Part shown: piece by piece, positions 54,304 through 55,003 of the stretch
Layout of the letters: every line of letters starts with the position of its first letter
Position numbering within the stretch: the first letter of the stretch is position 1
Virus record (IMG/VR): IMGVR_UViG_3300042837_000038
Span: 1-55,003 of that record
DNA from: a virus
Taxonomy: Duplodnaviria > Caudoviricetes
DNA length: 55,003 nucleotides
Strand: one strand, 5' to 3'
Program-made: the position numbers and the translations under genes
The notes under the pieces: model-generated
The model's input: only the letters and a program-made list of their open reading frames with translations
Databases searched by the model: none
Told to the model about the DNA's origin: nothing

Positions 54304-54965
54304 TCCGTCACCTTGTAGCGACCAAAACCCTGACTGCGGGAGGCGCCGATACCCTGCTGCTCCCCGGTCAGCCAGAGTAGCGCCCACTGCTCGTTGGTGA
54401 ACTTGTAGTCCGTCGTCAACGTGAACGTCAGGTTGGCGTCCTCGATGTACTCCTCGTACTGGATGGCGGAGCCGAACCGGGAGTGAACGAACCGCTGGTT
54501 GATGCCGGTGGCTTCCTTTACCCCGAAGTAGACCCGGTCCTCCAGGACGAACACGTGCTCCGGGAAGAACGACTTGGCCGACTTACCCTTCTGCTTGCCG
54601 TCGGCGGTTTCGCCACCGAACTTGAACTCCGGCCACGGGAACCGAATACACGCCGACTCCTTGATGGCCGCCTTGATGCAGCGACCTTCCAGGTAAAGAC
54701 CGTTGGCGTCCTGCTTGAAGCCGGTGAGGTTGCGGTTGGCGGCCACCAGTTCAGCGGCCTCACCCTCTTCCACGCCACGCTCCACCATGGTTTCCAGGAC
54801 CGCGCTCTGGACCAGGGTCTCCTTGTCCACGAGCTTGGACTTGATCCAGCCCTCGGCAACCTTCGGGTCGGTGGGCGTGGCACCGGCGATCACCGGGATG
54901 TTCAGCGTCACCCGGTAGGTGAACGGGTACGCCTTGGGGATGAACTTAGCGAAGACGCTTTCCAC
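54285..54965 (-). CDS. Stand-alone Cas7-like RAMP superfamily protein
   Basis: YRVTL (beta1), GLYLEGRCIKAAIKESA (PYIPGSSxKG-like helix), thumb-like hairpin, C-terminal G-rich loop GIGASRSQGFGRYKV; AAGGAG RBS. Confidence 0.8.
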   Translation of the reverse strand: MESVFAKFIPKAYPFTYRVTLNIPVIAGATPTDPKVAEGWIKSKLVDKETLVQSAVLETMVERGVEEGEAAELVAANRNLTGFKQDANGLYLEGRCIKAAIKESACIRFPWPEFKFGGETADGKQKGKSAKSFFPEHVFVLEDRVYFGVKEATGINQRFVHSRFGSAIQYEEYIEDANLTFTLTTDYKFTNEQWALLWLTGEQQGIGASRSQGFGRYKVTEWEIQK

Positions 54966-55003
54966 GTATTGCTCCTTGACTAGATGAACGATTGGAACTG
55001 TTA

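Overview
GC-rich actinobacteriophage genome segment (siphovirus-type, probably most of a genome). Host is inferred to be an actinomycete from WhiB-like, DUF2637 and I36-like genes and TANNNT leaderless promoters. Layout: (1) 1-6337, a rightward early cassette bracketed by a perfect 81-bp inverted repeat, with an amidoligase plus class II glutamine amidotransferase pair and hairpins in most intergenic gaps; (2) 6338-10.8k, palindrome- and repeat-rich non-coding DNA, a candidate small terminase and small genes; (3) 10.8-17.1k, leftward replication genes (two ParB-like, prim-pol/SF3 helicase, SSB-like, Cas4-like); (4) 17.1-42.2k, virion genes, including a 1157-aa ADP-ribosyltransferase plus kinase protein and three tRNA or tRNA-like genes; (5) 42.2-47.6k, a glycosylation cluster; (6) 48.5-55k, leftward accessory genes. 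The most striking features are a stand-alone Cas7-like RAMP gene at the right edge with no CRISPR array in the window, and a DUF6745-like gene split around one of about a dozen small divergent ORFs. No integrase or repressor was recognised. All family calls come from motif recognition by eye, not database searches.
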